The notes: generated by a model from the sequence alone, not told the origin. DNA of 64,000 bases from an uncultured Pseudomonadota bacterium (GCA_903844155.1 CAIMSU010000113.1:96361-160360), one strand, 5' to 3'; shown: positions 8,855 to 18,226, counted from the first letter of the stretch. Made by a program: numbers and translations.

Positions 8855-10784
8855 GTCCAGCCGGACCGGCGACGATCGAGCGGCTCATGAGCGCTGCGAG
8901 GCGGGCGGCGAACCCGGGCGCGTCGTCCACATGGCCCTCGGCGAGCTGCGCGTAGTCGAGGAGCAGGCGTGCCAGAGGCTTGGCGCTGGCGAGCTTCTCC
9001 GGGTCGTCGACGCCGGCCGCGTGCAGGCCGACGAGCTGACGCACCAGCGCGTGCTCGGGGTTGAGCTCCAGGGTGCGCTGGGCTTTGGGCACGTCCTGAC
9101 GGGCAGATCGCAGGATCCGCTCCATGTTGGACGTGACGCCGAACTCGGAGTCGACGAGGACAGCCGGGCTGTCGGTGAGGCGATTCGAGGCGCGGACGCC
9201 ACCGACCTGGCCGGACAGCTCGTCCTTGAGCCAGCCGATGAACGGCTCGGCCTGCTTGCGCGCCTCCTCGGCGATCGGGTCGTCGTTCTTGTCGTCGAAC
9301 TCGCCGCGGGCGACCGACTTGATCGGCACGCCCTCGAATTCGTTGAGGTTCATTGCGACCCATTCGTCGACCGGGTCGGAGAGCAGCAGGACCTCCCAGC
9401 CCTTCTTCTTGAAGCGCTCCAACTGCGGGTTGGCGCGCATGCGGCCAAGGTCGAGGCCGGTCAGGTACCAGATGGTGTCCTGTCCGTCCTTCATGGCGAT
9501 CTTGTAGTCAGCGAGCGAACGCCACTTCCCGGGGACGGTGGGCTTTCCGGCGTCTGCTGCGTCCTCGGCTGGGGCTGGCGGTTCGACTGCCTCGGCCGTC
9601 GACCGGAAGCGCAAAAGCGGGATGAGCTGGTCCTTGTTCTCGCTGTCCTCGGCCACGCCTTCCTTGAGCGTGGTCCCGAAGTTCTCCCAGAACGTCAGCC
9701 AGCCCTTCTCGTCCTCTCGCGAGAGCTCTTTGAGACGGCGAAGCACGCGTTTGACGAGCTGCTTCTTGATGGCGCCGATGACCGGGGTGTTCTGGAGCAG
9801 CTCCCGGCTCACGTTGAGCTGGACCTCGGGCGCGTCCACCAGCCCGCGCACAAAGCGCAGGTAGCGCGGGAGGAATTGGTCGGCGGCGTCGAGGACGAGC
9901 ACGCGGCGCTGGTACAACCGAAGGCCGCGCTTCACCTCGGGATGATCGAGGTCAAACGGGCGACGTTCGGGGAAGAACAGGACCGACTGGAATTCCAGCG
10001 GCGCTTCGGTCGTGATGTGCACCCAGGCCAGCGGGTCCTGCCAGTCCTTCGCGACGTGCTTGTAGAAGCCCTTGTACTCGTCGTCGGTGACCTCGCGGGG
10101 GTTGCGCGTCCACAGCGCCTGGGTCTGGTTGACGCGCTCGTCACTCCCGACGGGGCCCACGAACACAGGATAGCTCAAGAAGTCCGAGTGCTTCTCGACA
10201 ATTTCGCGCAGGCGGCTGTCGTCGAGGTACTCGGTGCAGTCGCTGCGGACGTGCAGGACGACGTCCGTACCGCGCGTCGTGCGGGTGCCTGGCTCGATCG
10301 TGAATTCGCCGCCGCCGTCGCTCGTCCAGCGGATCGCCTCCGCCCCGGGCTCGCCCGAGAGCGAGTCGACGACGACCTTGTGCGCGACCATGAAGCTCGA
10401 GTAAAATCCAACGCCGAACTGGCCGATCAGGTTGGTGTCGCCTGCGGGCGTGCCCTTCTCCTTCAGCGCAGCGGCGAACGCCTTCGTGCCAGACTTGGCG
10501 ATGGTGCCGAGGTGATCGACGGCCTGTTCGCGCGTCAGCCCGATGCCGACATCGGAGATGGTGATGGTGCCGTGGTCCTTGTCCGCCCAGACGCGGACGG
10601 CAGCCTCGCCCTCGGCGGCGCGGAGATCGCTGCGGGAGAGCTCCAGAAAGCGGGCGCGATCCAGCGCGTCGGACCCGTTGGAGATCAGCTCGCGGAGGAA
10701 GATCTCGCGGTCGGAGTACAGCGAGTGCACGACCAGATCGAGGAGCTGCTTGACTTCGGCTTGGAAGGGGAGGACGTCGGCCAT
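8835..10784 (-). CDS. htpG: Molecular chaperone HtpG (Hsp90 family)
   Basis: ORF 8835..11129 trimmed to ATG 10784, preceded by AAGGAAA Shine-Dalgarno. MADVLPFQAEVKQLLDLVVHSLYSDREIFLRELISNGSDALDR (Bergerat ATP-lid N-box). About 649 aa, full-length Hsp90 architecture. Confidence 0.95.
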   Translation of the reverse strand: MADVLPFQAEVKQLLDLVVHSLYSDREIFLRELISNGSDALDRARFLELSRSDLRAAEGEAAVRVWADKDHGTITISDVGIGLTREQAVDHLGTIAKSGTKAFAAALKEKGTPAGDTNLIGQFGVGFYSSFMVAHKVVVDSLSGEPGAEAIRWTSDGGGEFTIEPGTRTTRGTDVVLHVRSDCTEYLDDSRLREIVEKHSDFLSYPVFVGPVGSDERVNQTQALWTRNPREVTDDEYKGFYKHVAKDWQDPLAWVHITTEAPLEFQSVLFFPERRPFDLDHPEVKRGLRLYQRRVLVLDAADQFLPRYLRFVRGLVDAPEVQLNVSRELLQNTPVIGAIKKQLVKRVLRRLKELSREDEKGWLTFWENFGTTLKEGVAEDSENKDQLIPLLRFRSTAEAVEPPAPAEDAADAGKPTVPGKWRSLADYKIAMKDGQDTIWYLTGLDLGRMRANPQLERFKKKGWEVLLLSDPVDEWVAMNLNEFEGVPIKSVARGEFDDKNDDPIAEEARKQAEPFIGWLKDELSGQVGGVRASNRLTDSPAVLVDSEFGVTSNMERILRSARQDVPKAQRTLELNPEHALVRQLVGLHAAGVDDPEKLASAKPLARLLLDYAQLAEGHVDDAPGFAARLAALMSRSIVAGPAGPTASAS

Positions 10785-10816
10785 GGGGGTTTCCTTTGCG
10801 GGGTTGGAGGCCCGTT

Positions 10817-10845
10817 GGGTAGGGACGGGAGGGGCGGGAGTCAAG
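10817..10845 (-). promoter_or_regulatory. Candidate sigma-32-type heat-shock promoter of htpG
   Basis: Minus strand reads CCCTTGACT-N14-CCCTACCCA about 33 nt upstream of the htpG ATG. Compare the proteobacterial RpoH consensus CCCTTGAA-N13-17-CCCCATNT. Confidence 0.3.
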
Positions 10846-10854
10846 GGGTGATGC

Positions 10855-11400
10855 ATGGTCGGGGCGTGGTACGGTGACGGGGTGTCCCTCCTTGATGCCG
10901 CCACGATTGAAACCGCGCTTGGGAAGGTGAATGACCGTCTCGCGGCGCAGGAGAGGCGCGCGGAGCTGTACCTGGTCGGTGGGGCGGTCATGTGCCTCGT
11001 GTTCGCGGCGCGACCATCCACGAAGGACGTGGATGGTTGGTTCTCGGAGCCGGCGCTGGTGCGGGCGGCGGCGAAGGCCGTGGGGGAGGAATTGAACCTG
11101 CCGGGCGACTGGCTGAACGATGCAGCCAAGGGCTTTGTGCCGGCCGGGGCGTCGTTTCAGACCTGGCGCACGTTCTCGCACCTGGCGGTGTCGACGGCCG
11201 ACGCGCGAACCTTGCTGGCGATGAAGGTCTCGGCGGCGCGAAGCGTGGAGGACGCCGGTGATATCCGATTCCTCGCGAACTACCTGGGCTTGACCACCGC
11301 GGACTCGGTGCTCAACCTCGTGGAGCCGTTCTACCCCACGGCGCAGCTCGCAATCCGGTCCCAACTCCTGGTCGAGGAGCTCTTCGATGCCCGTCCCTGA
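10855..11400 (+). CDS. Minimal nucleotidyltransferase-fold protein (DUF6036-like)
   Basis: Pol-beta-type NTase signature hGG...DhD (LYLVGGAVMCLVFAARPSTKDVDGWF). C-terminal helical part LLAMKVSAARSVEDAGDIRFLANYLGL. 181 aa. Exact start uncertain. Confidence 0.65.
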   Translation: MVGAWYGDGVSLLDAATIETALGKVNDRLAAQERRAELYLVGGAVMCLVFAARPSTKDVDGWFSEPALVRAAAKAVGEELNLPGDWLNDAAKGFVPAGASFQTWRTFSHLAVSTADARTLLAMKVSAARSVEDAGDIRFLANYLGLTTADSVLNLVEPFYPTAQLAIRSQLLVEELFDARP

Positions 11401-11746
11401 TCTCATCACTGCCTGCCGCACCGACCCGGAGCACTTTCAGCTTCACCTCAACGGCTTCATGGACGACCTGCGCCGGCTTCCGGTCGAGCAGATGGTGGCG
11501 TCGCTGGAGCCGGGGCCGACGACCGAAGGGCAACTGGAGGGGTTGACCGCCGCGATCGCCAGCGCCATCTGCCGGGAGCGTGGCGTGGAGCCTCCGAAGT
11601 GGGTGGGCGAGACCGGCAGCCCGACCCCTTACTTCCCGCTTCCTGCGCGCGGACTCGCGCTGCGCGTACGGCTGATGATCGAGTCGCCGATGGCGTTCAA
11701 GATCCGGAATGTGTTCGTGCCGGAGAATTACTTGTCGAGGGCGTGA
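11387..11746 (+). CDS. Hypothetical helical protein, 14-nt overlap with the upstream nucleotidyltransferase gene
   Basis: 119-aa ORF with genome-typical GC3 codon usage. Its start lies inside the end of the NTase gene. No family recognised. Confidence 0.55.
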   Translation: MPVPDLITACRTDPEHFQLHLNGFMDDLRRLPVEQMVASLEPGPTTEGQLEGLTAAIASAICRERGVEPPKWVGETGSPTPYFPLPARGLALRVRLMIESPMAFKIRNVFVPENYLSRA

Positions 11747-11758
11747 TGCCTGAGGCGA

Positions 11759-13396
11759 TCACCCATAAAGCCCAGCATACCCCGCATCTTCCAGCATCTC
11801 CGCATGCGTCCCCGTCCGCGCGACCGCCCGCTCGCCGGCCCGCACGAGCCACACGACCCTGTCCGCCCGCGCCAATGTGGCCGCGCGGTGTGTCACCGCC
11901 ACGACAGTGCGGCCGGCAGCGTCAGCGCGTAGGCCGTCCCAAAAGCTCGCCTCCGTCTCTGCGTCGAGCGCGCTCGTCGCGTCGTCGAGGACGAGCAATT
12001 CGCGGCCCGAGTACAGGGCGCGGGCGAGCTGCAAACGCTGCTGCTGCCCACCTGAGAGCATGACGCCCCGCTCGCCAACCCTGGTCGCGAGGCCCGCAGG
12101 CATCCGCGCGAGGTCTGGGGCCAGACACGCTGATCGAACGGCGCTGTCGACCGCCTCGCCCTTCCGCCCGAGCCGGATGTTCTCCTCGATCGCCACCGAG
12201 AAAAGTGCCGGTTCCTGCGGGACCCACGCCGCGTCGGGGGCCTGGAGGCTGCTGCGCTCGGCGATCGCCTGAAGCAGCGTGGACTTTCCACTGCCGACCG
12301 CACCCGTCACTGCCACGAAGCTGCCGTTTGGGATGGTGAGCGCCTCCGGGAAGGCGATCTGCAGAAAGGGCCGCGAGAGCCCCTGCAGGACGAGGTCGGG
12401 CGAGGCGGGCGGGCGCGGCACGGCGGGGAGGTCGACGAGGACCTGCAACCGGCGCAGGCTCGCCGCAGCTTGTCGGCCGCGAACCACGAAAGCGCCGAAG
12501 TCGAACATCTGAAAGACCATGGTCATCAGGAAGCCCGAGAGGGCCGCGAAGTCCGAGACGGCGACCGTGCCAGCGCGGATCCCCAGACCGCCGACCACCA
12601 GCAGCACCGCCAGCGCAAGCTGCCAGCCATACGCGAACTGCGCGAAGAAGAGCTGCTGCATCCTGGTGTTTGCGACCTCGGCCTCCGCCTGGACCCTCGC
12701 CAACTCGGCAAACCCCCGCTCGGCGAGGGGCTCGAGCGCGCTGGATTGGATGACGCGCACGCCGGTGAACGCGTCGTGAACGAGCGTTCCGAGGCTGGAG
12801 ATCGCCTCCTGCACCGCCTGCGCGGTCCTCGTCACTCGGCCGCCGATGAGCCGGTGGACCAGCGCCAGCACGGGCAGCGGCAGCAGGCACCACATCGTCA
12901 GCCACGGCGAGATCCACAGCATCGTCGCGCCGCAACAGAGCACGACCATGCTCGCCTCCACCGCCCGGAACACACCAGAGCACAGGAACCAGGCAAGCTT
13001 TTCCTCGGAGAGATCGTCGGTCAGCCGGGTGACGAGGTCGCCGGTCCGGTAGCCGGTCAGGTCGCCGGTGAGGACGGCGTTGTAGACGGCATCGCGCGCG
13101 ACACGCTGAATATGGGCGTTCATCCAGGTTCGTGTGCCCTGCACGAAGATGTAGAGCAGGCTCTGGGCCAGGCCAACCGCCATCATCGTCCGGCCCGCCG
13201 CGCTGGCGTCGCCCGTCGCCGCCGTGTCCATCACGACCTTCCACAGGTAGCCGAACGCCGCCTGCAGCAAGCCCACGGTCGAACTCCCCACGATCAACCA
13301 CGTCATCCGCAACCGCTGACCGCGCCAGCAGAGCCGGAACCAGCGCAGGACGAGATCGCGATCGGAGAGCGGTGCTACAAGCTGGTCTTCGCCCAC
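11759..13396 (-). CDS. ABC exporter, fused permease/ATP-binding protein (MsbA/type I exporter-like)
   Basis: Six-helix TMD followed by NBD with Walker A GAVGSGKST, signature LSGGQQQR, Walker B LLVLDDATSALD and H-loop VTHR. Start uncertain: GTG 13396 is chosen because it precedes TM1; ATG 13306 and ATG 13504 are alternatives. Confidence 0.88.
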   Translation of the reverse strand: MGEDQLVAPLSDRDLVLRWFRLCWRGQRLRMTWLIVGSSTVGLLQAAFGYLWKVVMDTAATGDASAAGRTMMAVGLAQSLLYIFVQGTRTWMNAHIQRVARDAVYNAVLTGDLTGYRTGDLVTRLTDDLSEEKLAWFLCSGVFRAVEASMVVLCCGATMLWISPWLTMWCLLPLPVLALVHRLIGGRVTRTAQAVQEAISSLGTLVHDAFTGVRVIQSSALEPLAERGFAELARVQAEAEVANTRMQQLFFAQFAYGWQLALAVLLVVGGLGIRAGTVAVSDFAALSGFLMTMVFQMFDFGAFVVRGRQAAASLRRLQVLVDLPAVPRPPASPDLVLQGLSRPFLQIAFPEALTIPNGSFVAVTGAVGSGKSTLLQAIAERSSLQAPDAAWVPQEPALFSVAIEENIRLGRKGEAVDSAVRSACLAPDLARMPAGLATRVGERGVMLSGGQQQRLQLARALYSGRELLVLDDATSALDAETEASFWDGLRADAAGRTVVAVTHRAATLARADRVVWLVRAGERAVARTGTHAEMLEDAGYAGLYG

Positions 13397-15411
13397 TCCG
13401 CCGTCCCGGTGTCGATGATGGCGGCGCTGGTGAGCGCCGAGTAGCTGTCGAGGCGGGCGCTGCGGACGTCCTTGCAGGTCGCGGTGGCGCCGTGGAGCGT
13501 GCAAAGCTCGGAATCACCGCTCGGGCTCAGCGCGGCCCAGAGCAGGTCATCGCCGGAGAATTGAGGCGAGAGCTGGGGAAGGGCAGGGTCGGTGCTGACG
13601 ATGGTCGCGGGGCCGAAGGAAGCGCCACCGTCGGTGCTCTGCAGCAGCGCGACGACGTTCTCGGTGGCCGTCGTGGCGACGACCGCGAGCTCGATCGTTC
13701 CGTCAGAGCGCTGGTGCAACGCCGGACGTTCGACGCGCGCGCTGTCGAGGACGTCGGCGAGGTCGATGTCTACCGCGGGTCCCCAGCTCGCGGTAGCACC
13801 GTCGCTACGCACGATGAGTGGCAGGACGCGGACGCGGCGCGTGTTCCGGGCGCTGTCGCCGTCGAGGTTCGTGCCGACGGCAGCCAACAACCCGGTAGCC
13901 GTCGGGATCGCCACTGGATCCGTCGGGAAGAGCTGCGGCGATTGGACCGGCGTGCCCCAGCCGGTCGTCGGCGACCAGGACGCTGCCCGGAGGCCGACCT
14001 CGTTGCTGTTCCCAAGCTCCCCGATGCCGTCCGGATTGTGGTTGTAGACCGCCCACAACGTGCTGCCAGACTGAACGACGGTCGGCGCCCAGTTCAGGCC
14101 GACCTCGGTCTCGGCAAAGCCGCTGTCGACGAAGCCGGAGCCGGTGTCGATGCGGCAGGACGGCGACCAGGGCCAGTAGAGCTGCGTCTCGTCGATGTTC
14201 AGCTCACGCCAGCACGCGTAGCGCCCGGCGCTGCCGCCCGTGTTCGTCACGATCCCGGCGGCGCGCACGCCCTCCGCGAACATCGCGCCTTCCGTGCTGA
14301 CAACTGCGCCGTCGACCACGACCTGGTCGCGCGCGAAGTCATCGTCGAGGTAGTGCGTCCAGGCCGTGCCGTCCGCGCTCAAGCCGACGTCACCGCTTCG
14401 GGTCAGGCCGTTGGAGACGACCTCGTCGATCGGCAGGCCCTGGGCCCACGGAAGATCGATGCCGAGATGCGCGGCGAGGGTCGGTGCAAAGTCCAGCAGC
14501 GTCCAGTTTCCGGCGAGCTCCGCGCCCGGCGTCACGCCAGGGCCGAGGATCATCAACGGGATCTGCCGACAGCCGTTGCAGGAATCCCCGTGGTTGTGCC
14601 AGCCGTTGTCCTCGTCGTGGCGGTGGCGGCCGTGGTCCGCGGTGATGATCAGGAGCAGGTTGTCGCGGTAGCCGGGGTCGTTCTTGCCGAGCCAGTCCCA
14701 GAGCTGGGGCAGCAGCCCGTCGAGCTTCTTGACGTCGTCGATGTAGGCGTTTCCAGCGCCATAATGGCCGGCACGGTCGACGTCGTGGAAGTTGGCGACC
14801 AGCAGGCGCGGTCGGTCCGTCTTGACCGCGTTCTCGACCGCCGTCGCCATCGGCGTATCGTCGTTGATCGGGGCGTTTGGCTTGCTCGGGTCGTACAGGA
14901 GCGTGTACGCGCCGGCCACGTCAGCGCTTCCCGGCTGGATGGACTGGACTTCGCCTTGCAGCAGTTCGGTGTTGCCGAGGAACTGGGCCTGGGTACTGTC
15001 GAGGCCGAGCTGTCCGCGTAGCTCCTCGAAGATCGTCGGGTACTCGGGCCGGTAGAGCCCGGGCCCGTCGGACTCCGGAAAGTTGGCGTACGGGTCCAGC
15101 CGGCTCGTCACCATCTGCGCGTGGCCGCCTGCGGTGATGGTCACGCCCGCGTTCGTCGCCGCCCGCAAGGTCGCCATGTGGGGGCCGAGCGTTGCCCAGG
15201 TCTGGGAGGCATAGGCCTCGCCCGTCTCCCCGGTGAGGTCGCTGACGCGACTGTCGGAGGTGAATTCCTCGCTACGAACGCCGTCGAGCACGAGGATCAT
15301 GACGGACGGCTCCGCGGGCGTGCTGACGACCGGGGACCCGCGCCCGGTGCAGGCGACGGCGCTGGCGACGACCGCGAGCGGAAGGAACGCGGGGCGGAGA
15401 AGGCGGGACAT
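13375..15411 (-). CDS. Lipoprotein: alkaline-phosphatase-superfamily (type I phosphodiesterase/nucleotide pyrophosphatase-like) domain fused to a beta-rich C-terminal domain
   Basis: Lipobox LAVVASAVAC. AP-superfamily motifs VLDGVRSEEF, FHDVDRAGHYG, ITADHGRH..HNHGD. C-terminal ~330 aa are beta-rich with one clear BNR/Asp-box (STDGGASF). Confidence 0.75.
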   Translation of the reverse strand: MSRLLRPAFLPLAVVASAVACTGRGSPVVSTPAEPSVMILVLDGVRSEEFTSDSRVSDLTGETGEAYASQTWATLGPHMATLRAATNAGVTITAGGHAQMVTSRLDPYANFPESDGPGLYRPEYPTIFEELRGQLGLDSTQAQFLGNTELLQGEVQSIQPGSADVAGAYTLLYDPSKPNAPINDDTPMATAVENAVKTDRPRLLVANFHDVDRAGHYGAGNAYIDDVKKLDGLLPQLWDWLGKNDPGYRDNLLLIITADHGRHRHDEDNGWHNHGDSCNGCRQIPLMILGPGVTPGAELAGNWTLLDFAPTLAAHLGIDLPWAQGLPIDEVVSNGLTRSGDVGLSADGTAWTHYLDDDFARDQVVVDGAVVSTEGAMFAEGVRAAGIVTNTGGSAGRYACWRELNIDETQLYWPWSPSCRIDTGSGFVDSGFAETEVGLNWAPTVVQSGSTLWAVYNHNPDGIGELGNSNEVGLRAASWSPTTGWGTPVQSPQLFPTDPVAIPTATGLLAAVGTNLDGDSARNTRRVRVLPLIVRSDGATASWGPAVDIDLADVLDSARVERPALHQRSDGTIELAVVATTATENVVALLQSTDGGASFGPATIVSTDPALPQLSPQFSGDDLLWAALSPSGDSELCTLHGATATCKDVRSARLDSYSALTSAAIIDTGTAEWAKTSL

Positions 15412-15541
15412 GGAGGGCTCGGAGGCGACCCCCTAACCATGCCACCAAACCCGGCGGCCCGCAGCGGAGTGGGCGCGCGCAATCGTCCGTCCCCGGGCGG
15501 CGCGCGGTCCACGGGTTAGCCCCGCCTCCCCGAGAGCGACC

Positions 15542-16138
15542 GTGCCTGAAACCCGCGCCACGTACTTCTCCGTCGACATCGAGTGCTCAGGGCCGGTGCC
15601 CGGGCTCTACGACATGGTGTCCATCGGCATCGTCGTCGTTGCGGCCGGGGCGGATGGCCGGCTTGCGCTTGGCGAGACGCTCTACCTGGAGGTCAAGCCG
15701 GAGGGGCCTCGCGTCGACCCCGGTGCCATGAAGATCCACGGGATCCCGCTCGATCATCTGCTCAAGAACGGCATCTCCAGGCGTGAGTGCATGCTCCGCG
15801 TCAGCGCCTGGGTGCGGGCCCACACGCACCCGGGCACGAAGCCCGTGTTCGTGGGCCACAACGCCCCCTTTGACTGGTCCTTCGTGGCGTGGTGCTTTGC
15901 CGCGGAGGAACTGCCAAATGTGTTCGGCTACAAGGCGCTGGACACCAAGGCGCTCGCCACCGGCGCGCTGGCGCTGCACTGGTTCGACAGTGGCAAGGAG
16001 GTGCTCCACGAGCTTCTCGGCATGCCACCAGAAGATCTGACCTTGAAGCACCGCGCCGACTATGACGCGCAGTACCAGGCCGAACTGCTCATCCGGCTGC
16101 TTGAACCGGACCGGCGTCCGCCCAAGGGAGGGCACTAG
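15542..16138 (+). CDS. DEDDh 3'-5' exonuclease (DnaQ/epsilon-like domain protein)
   Basis: GTG start. Exo motifs FSVDIECSG, GHNAPFDWSF, HRADYDA. Confidence 0.75.
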   Translation: MPETRATYFSVDIECSGPVPGLYDMVSIGIVVVAAGADGRLALGETLYLEVKPEGPRVDPGAMKIHGIPLDHLLKNGISRRECMLRVSAWVRAHTHPGTKPVFVGHNAPFDWSFVAWCFAAEELPNVFGYKALDTKALATGALALHWFDSGKEVLHELLGMPPEDLTLKHRADYDAQYQAELLIRLLEPDRRPPKGGH

Positions 16139-16139
16139 C

Positions 16140-17594
16140 ATGTGTGGTTTCGTTGGAATCATCGGCGTTGAACGCGCCAGCGCGGCGCTCTCCATGGGGC
16201 TGCAGGCGTTGCAGCACCGCGGGCAGGACGCCTGCGGGATGGGCACCGTCGAAGAAGGGCGATTCCACGTCTACAAGGACCTGGGGCTCGTCGTGAACGT
16301 GTTCTCCGAGAGCACGCTCTCCGCGCTCCGGGGTACGGCGGGCATCGGGCACACACGGTATCCGACGGTTGGAACAGGGGTTCGCGAGGACGCGCAGCCG
16401 TTCTACACGCGGCGGCCCGGCGTGTTGATGGCGCACAACGGGAATGTCACCAACGTGGACGAGCTGGAAAAACGCCTGCTTGGCCGCGGGATCCACGTGC
16501 AGAGTGCGTGCGACGTGGAGCCCATCCTGCTCGTGTTCGCGGAGGCGCTCTCCGAGCGACGGCCGCAGGGCCACACGACGGACGACGTCGTCGAGGCGGT
16601 GCGCGAGGTGTTTGAGGCGGTTCGCGGCGCCTATTCCTGCGTCGCGCTGTGCGAGGTGGACGGCAAGGAGACGCTCGTCGCCTTCCGCGATCCCCACGGG
16701 ATCCGCCCCGGCAGCTACGGCCGCAGCGCGCGCGGAGGCTGGATGGCCGCGAGCGAGACGGTCGCGCTCGACGCCCTCGGCTTCAGCGTTGTCGGCGACC
16801 TTCCCCACGGCGCGGTCGTGCTGATGCGGCCGGGCGAGGAGCCGGTGATTCGCACGATCGAGCCGCTTGCGCCGCGCCCCTGCGTCTTCGAGCGCATCTA
16901 CTTTGCGCGCCCCGACAGCGCGATGGAGGAGGGACGCGTCAATTCCACGCGTTGGGCCATGGGAAAGCGGCTCGGCGAGGAATGGGCGAAGCTGGGGCTC
17001 CAAGCCGACGTCGTCATCCCGGTCCCCGACACCTCCCGCACCGCCGCCCAGGCGATGGCGGAGGTGCTCGGCCTGCCCTACCGCGAGGGCTTCATCAAGA
17101 ACCGCTACTCGGGCCGCACGTTCATCATGCCGGACGCCGCCGCGCGCCAGGCCGCGCACCGTCTCAAGCTCAACCCCATCCCCGAGATCTTCGAGGGGAA
17201 ACGCGTCATCCTCGTCGACGACAGCATCGTCCGGGGCACGACCGTCCGCCGCCTTGCCGACCTCGCCAAGAGCACACGCCCGGCAGCCGTGCACATGGCC
17301 GTCTACTCGCCGCCCGTCAAGCACCCCTGCTACTACGGCATCGACATGCCATCGAAGCGCGAATTGGTGGCTGCAAAGCTGCCGGAGTCAGAGTGGGCGA
17401 CGGCGTTCGGCGTCGACTCCGTCACCTTCCTCTCGCTCGATGGCTTGCGCGAAACGATGGCGTCGCTCCCCCACGCCAGCCACGCTATCTGCATGGCCTG
17501 CTTTGATGGGGACTATCCGGTGCCAGTGTCGACCGGAGAGGTCGCCGCCATCGTCGCCGACCGGGGGCGCGAGCTGCCGGGGACCGGGACATGA
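16140..17594 (+). CDS. purF: Amidophosphoribosyltransferase
   Basis: ORF trimmed to ATG 16140, giving MCGFVGIIG (Ntn catalytic Cys2). PRPP-binding loop VILVDDSIVRGTT. Length ~484 aa. Confidence 0.95.
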   Translation: MCGFVGIIGVERASAALSMGLQALQHRGQDACGMGTVEEGRFHVYKDLGLVVNVFSESTLSALRGTAGIGHTRYPTVGTGVREDAQPFYTRRPGVLMAHNGNVTNVDELEKRLLGRGIHVQSACDVEPILLVFAEALSERRPQGHTTDDVVEAVREVFEAVRGAYSCVALCEVDGKETLVAFRDPHGIRPGSYGRSARGGWMAASETVALDALGFSVVGDLPHGAVVLMRPGEEPVIRTIEPLAPRPCVFERIYFARPDSAMEEGRVNSTRWAMGKRLGEEWAKLGLQADVVIPVPDTSRTAAQAMAEVLGLPYREGFIKNRYSGRTFIMPDAAARQAAHRLKLNPIPEIFEGKRVILVDDSIVRGTTVRRLADLAKSTRPAAVHMAVYSPPVKHPCYYGIDMPSKRELVAAKLPESEWATAFGVDSVTFLSLDGLRETMASLPHASHAICMACFDGDYPVPVSTGEVAAIVADRGRELPGTGT

Positions 17595-18226
17595 ATTTCG
17601 CAGACGGGCTCAAGTTCCTCTCCGAGGGAATCCGCGAGCAGACCACCGTGGGAGCCGTCTGGCCGAGCTCGCCTGCGCTCTGCGGCAAGATGGCAGAGCC
17701 GATCCTGCGCGATCGCCCAGATCGGCCGCTGCGAATCCTGGAGGTCGGCGCCGGTCTCGGCCCGGTGTCCGAGATCCTCCTCCCGCAGATCCGTGCTGAC
17801 GATGTCTACGACATCGTCGAGCTCAACCCGAAGTTCTGCGCGCATCTCCGGGACAAGTTCGGCCACACCCCCGCGAACGTCCACGAACTCTCGATCCTGG
17901 ATTTCAAGGCCGACTCCTACGACCGCATCGTGAGCGGCCTGCCCCTCGCCAACTTTCCGGCGGCGATGGTCGAGGAGATCTACCGCACGTTCTTCCGGTT
18001 GCTCCATCCGGACGGCTTTTTCGTGATGTTCGAGTACCTGGTCATCCGTCAGGCCCTCGCCACGGTCACGCTCGGCCCCGATCGCAGGCGCGTGCGGCGG
18101 ATCCTCGACATCGAGAAGAACCTGCTGCCCCTCCAACGCGAGCAGGTCGACATCCTCGCCAACGTGCCGCCCGCGCGGGTGCGGGTGCGGACCCGGCCGG
18201 CCGATCCGGAGGCGTTCGTCCTTTAG
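17591..18226 (+). CDS. Class I SAM-dependent methyltransferase (COG3963 phospholipid/rRNA N-methyltransferase-like)
   Basis: ATGA overlap with purF stop. N-terminal VGAVWPSSPAL and SAM motif I LRILEVGAGLGPVS. Confidence 0.7.
   Translation: MNFADGLKFLSEGIREQTTVGAVWPSSPALCGKMAEPILRDRPDRPLRILEVGAGLGPVSEILLPQIRADDVYDIVELNPKFCAHLRDKFGHTPANVHELSILDFKADSYDRIVSGLPLANFPAAMVEEIYRTFFRLLHPDGFFVMFEYLVIRQALATVTLGPDRRRVRRILDIEKNLLPLQREQVDILANVPPARVRVRTRPADPEAFVL

Noticed and set aside
8076-10877. 933-aa plus-strand ORF covering htpG. Similar very long ORFs occur at 1379..2758, 20601..22658, 48276..50477, 54328..56973, 61333..62931 and 39164..40222.
   Set aside because: All lie antisense or out of frame to genes with clear family motifs. 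Their translations are Arg/Pro/Gly/Ala-rich low complexity with no motifs. This is the classic shadow-ORF behaviour of ~70% GC DNA.
10785-11129. N-terminal extensions offered by the ORF track (htpG to 11129; also 1519..3195, 5834, 16062, 24530, 28408, 33681, 38554..39606, 39329, 46373..47488, 45873..46646, 51361, 52994..54565, 53096, 58011, 58894, 60385..61119).
   Set aside because: The extensions are Arg/Pro-rich and run through neighbouring genes or promoters. Internal starts give canonical N-termini (MCGF for PurF, lipoboxes, homology to known N-termini) and often have SD or coupling signals.
11417-11434. R-x4-H string (RTDPEH) in the NTase partner protein as a HEPN active site.
   Set aside because: HEPN R-x4-6-H motifs normally sit near the C-terminus in a four-helix context. 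A single short match at the N-terminus is not evidence.
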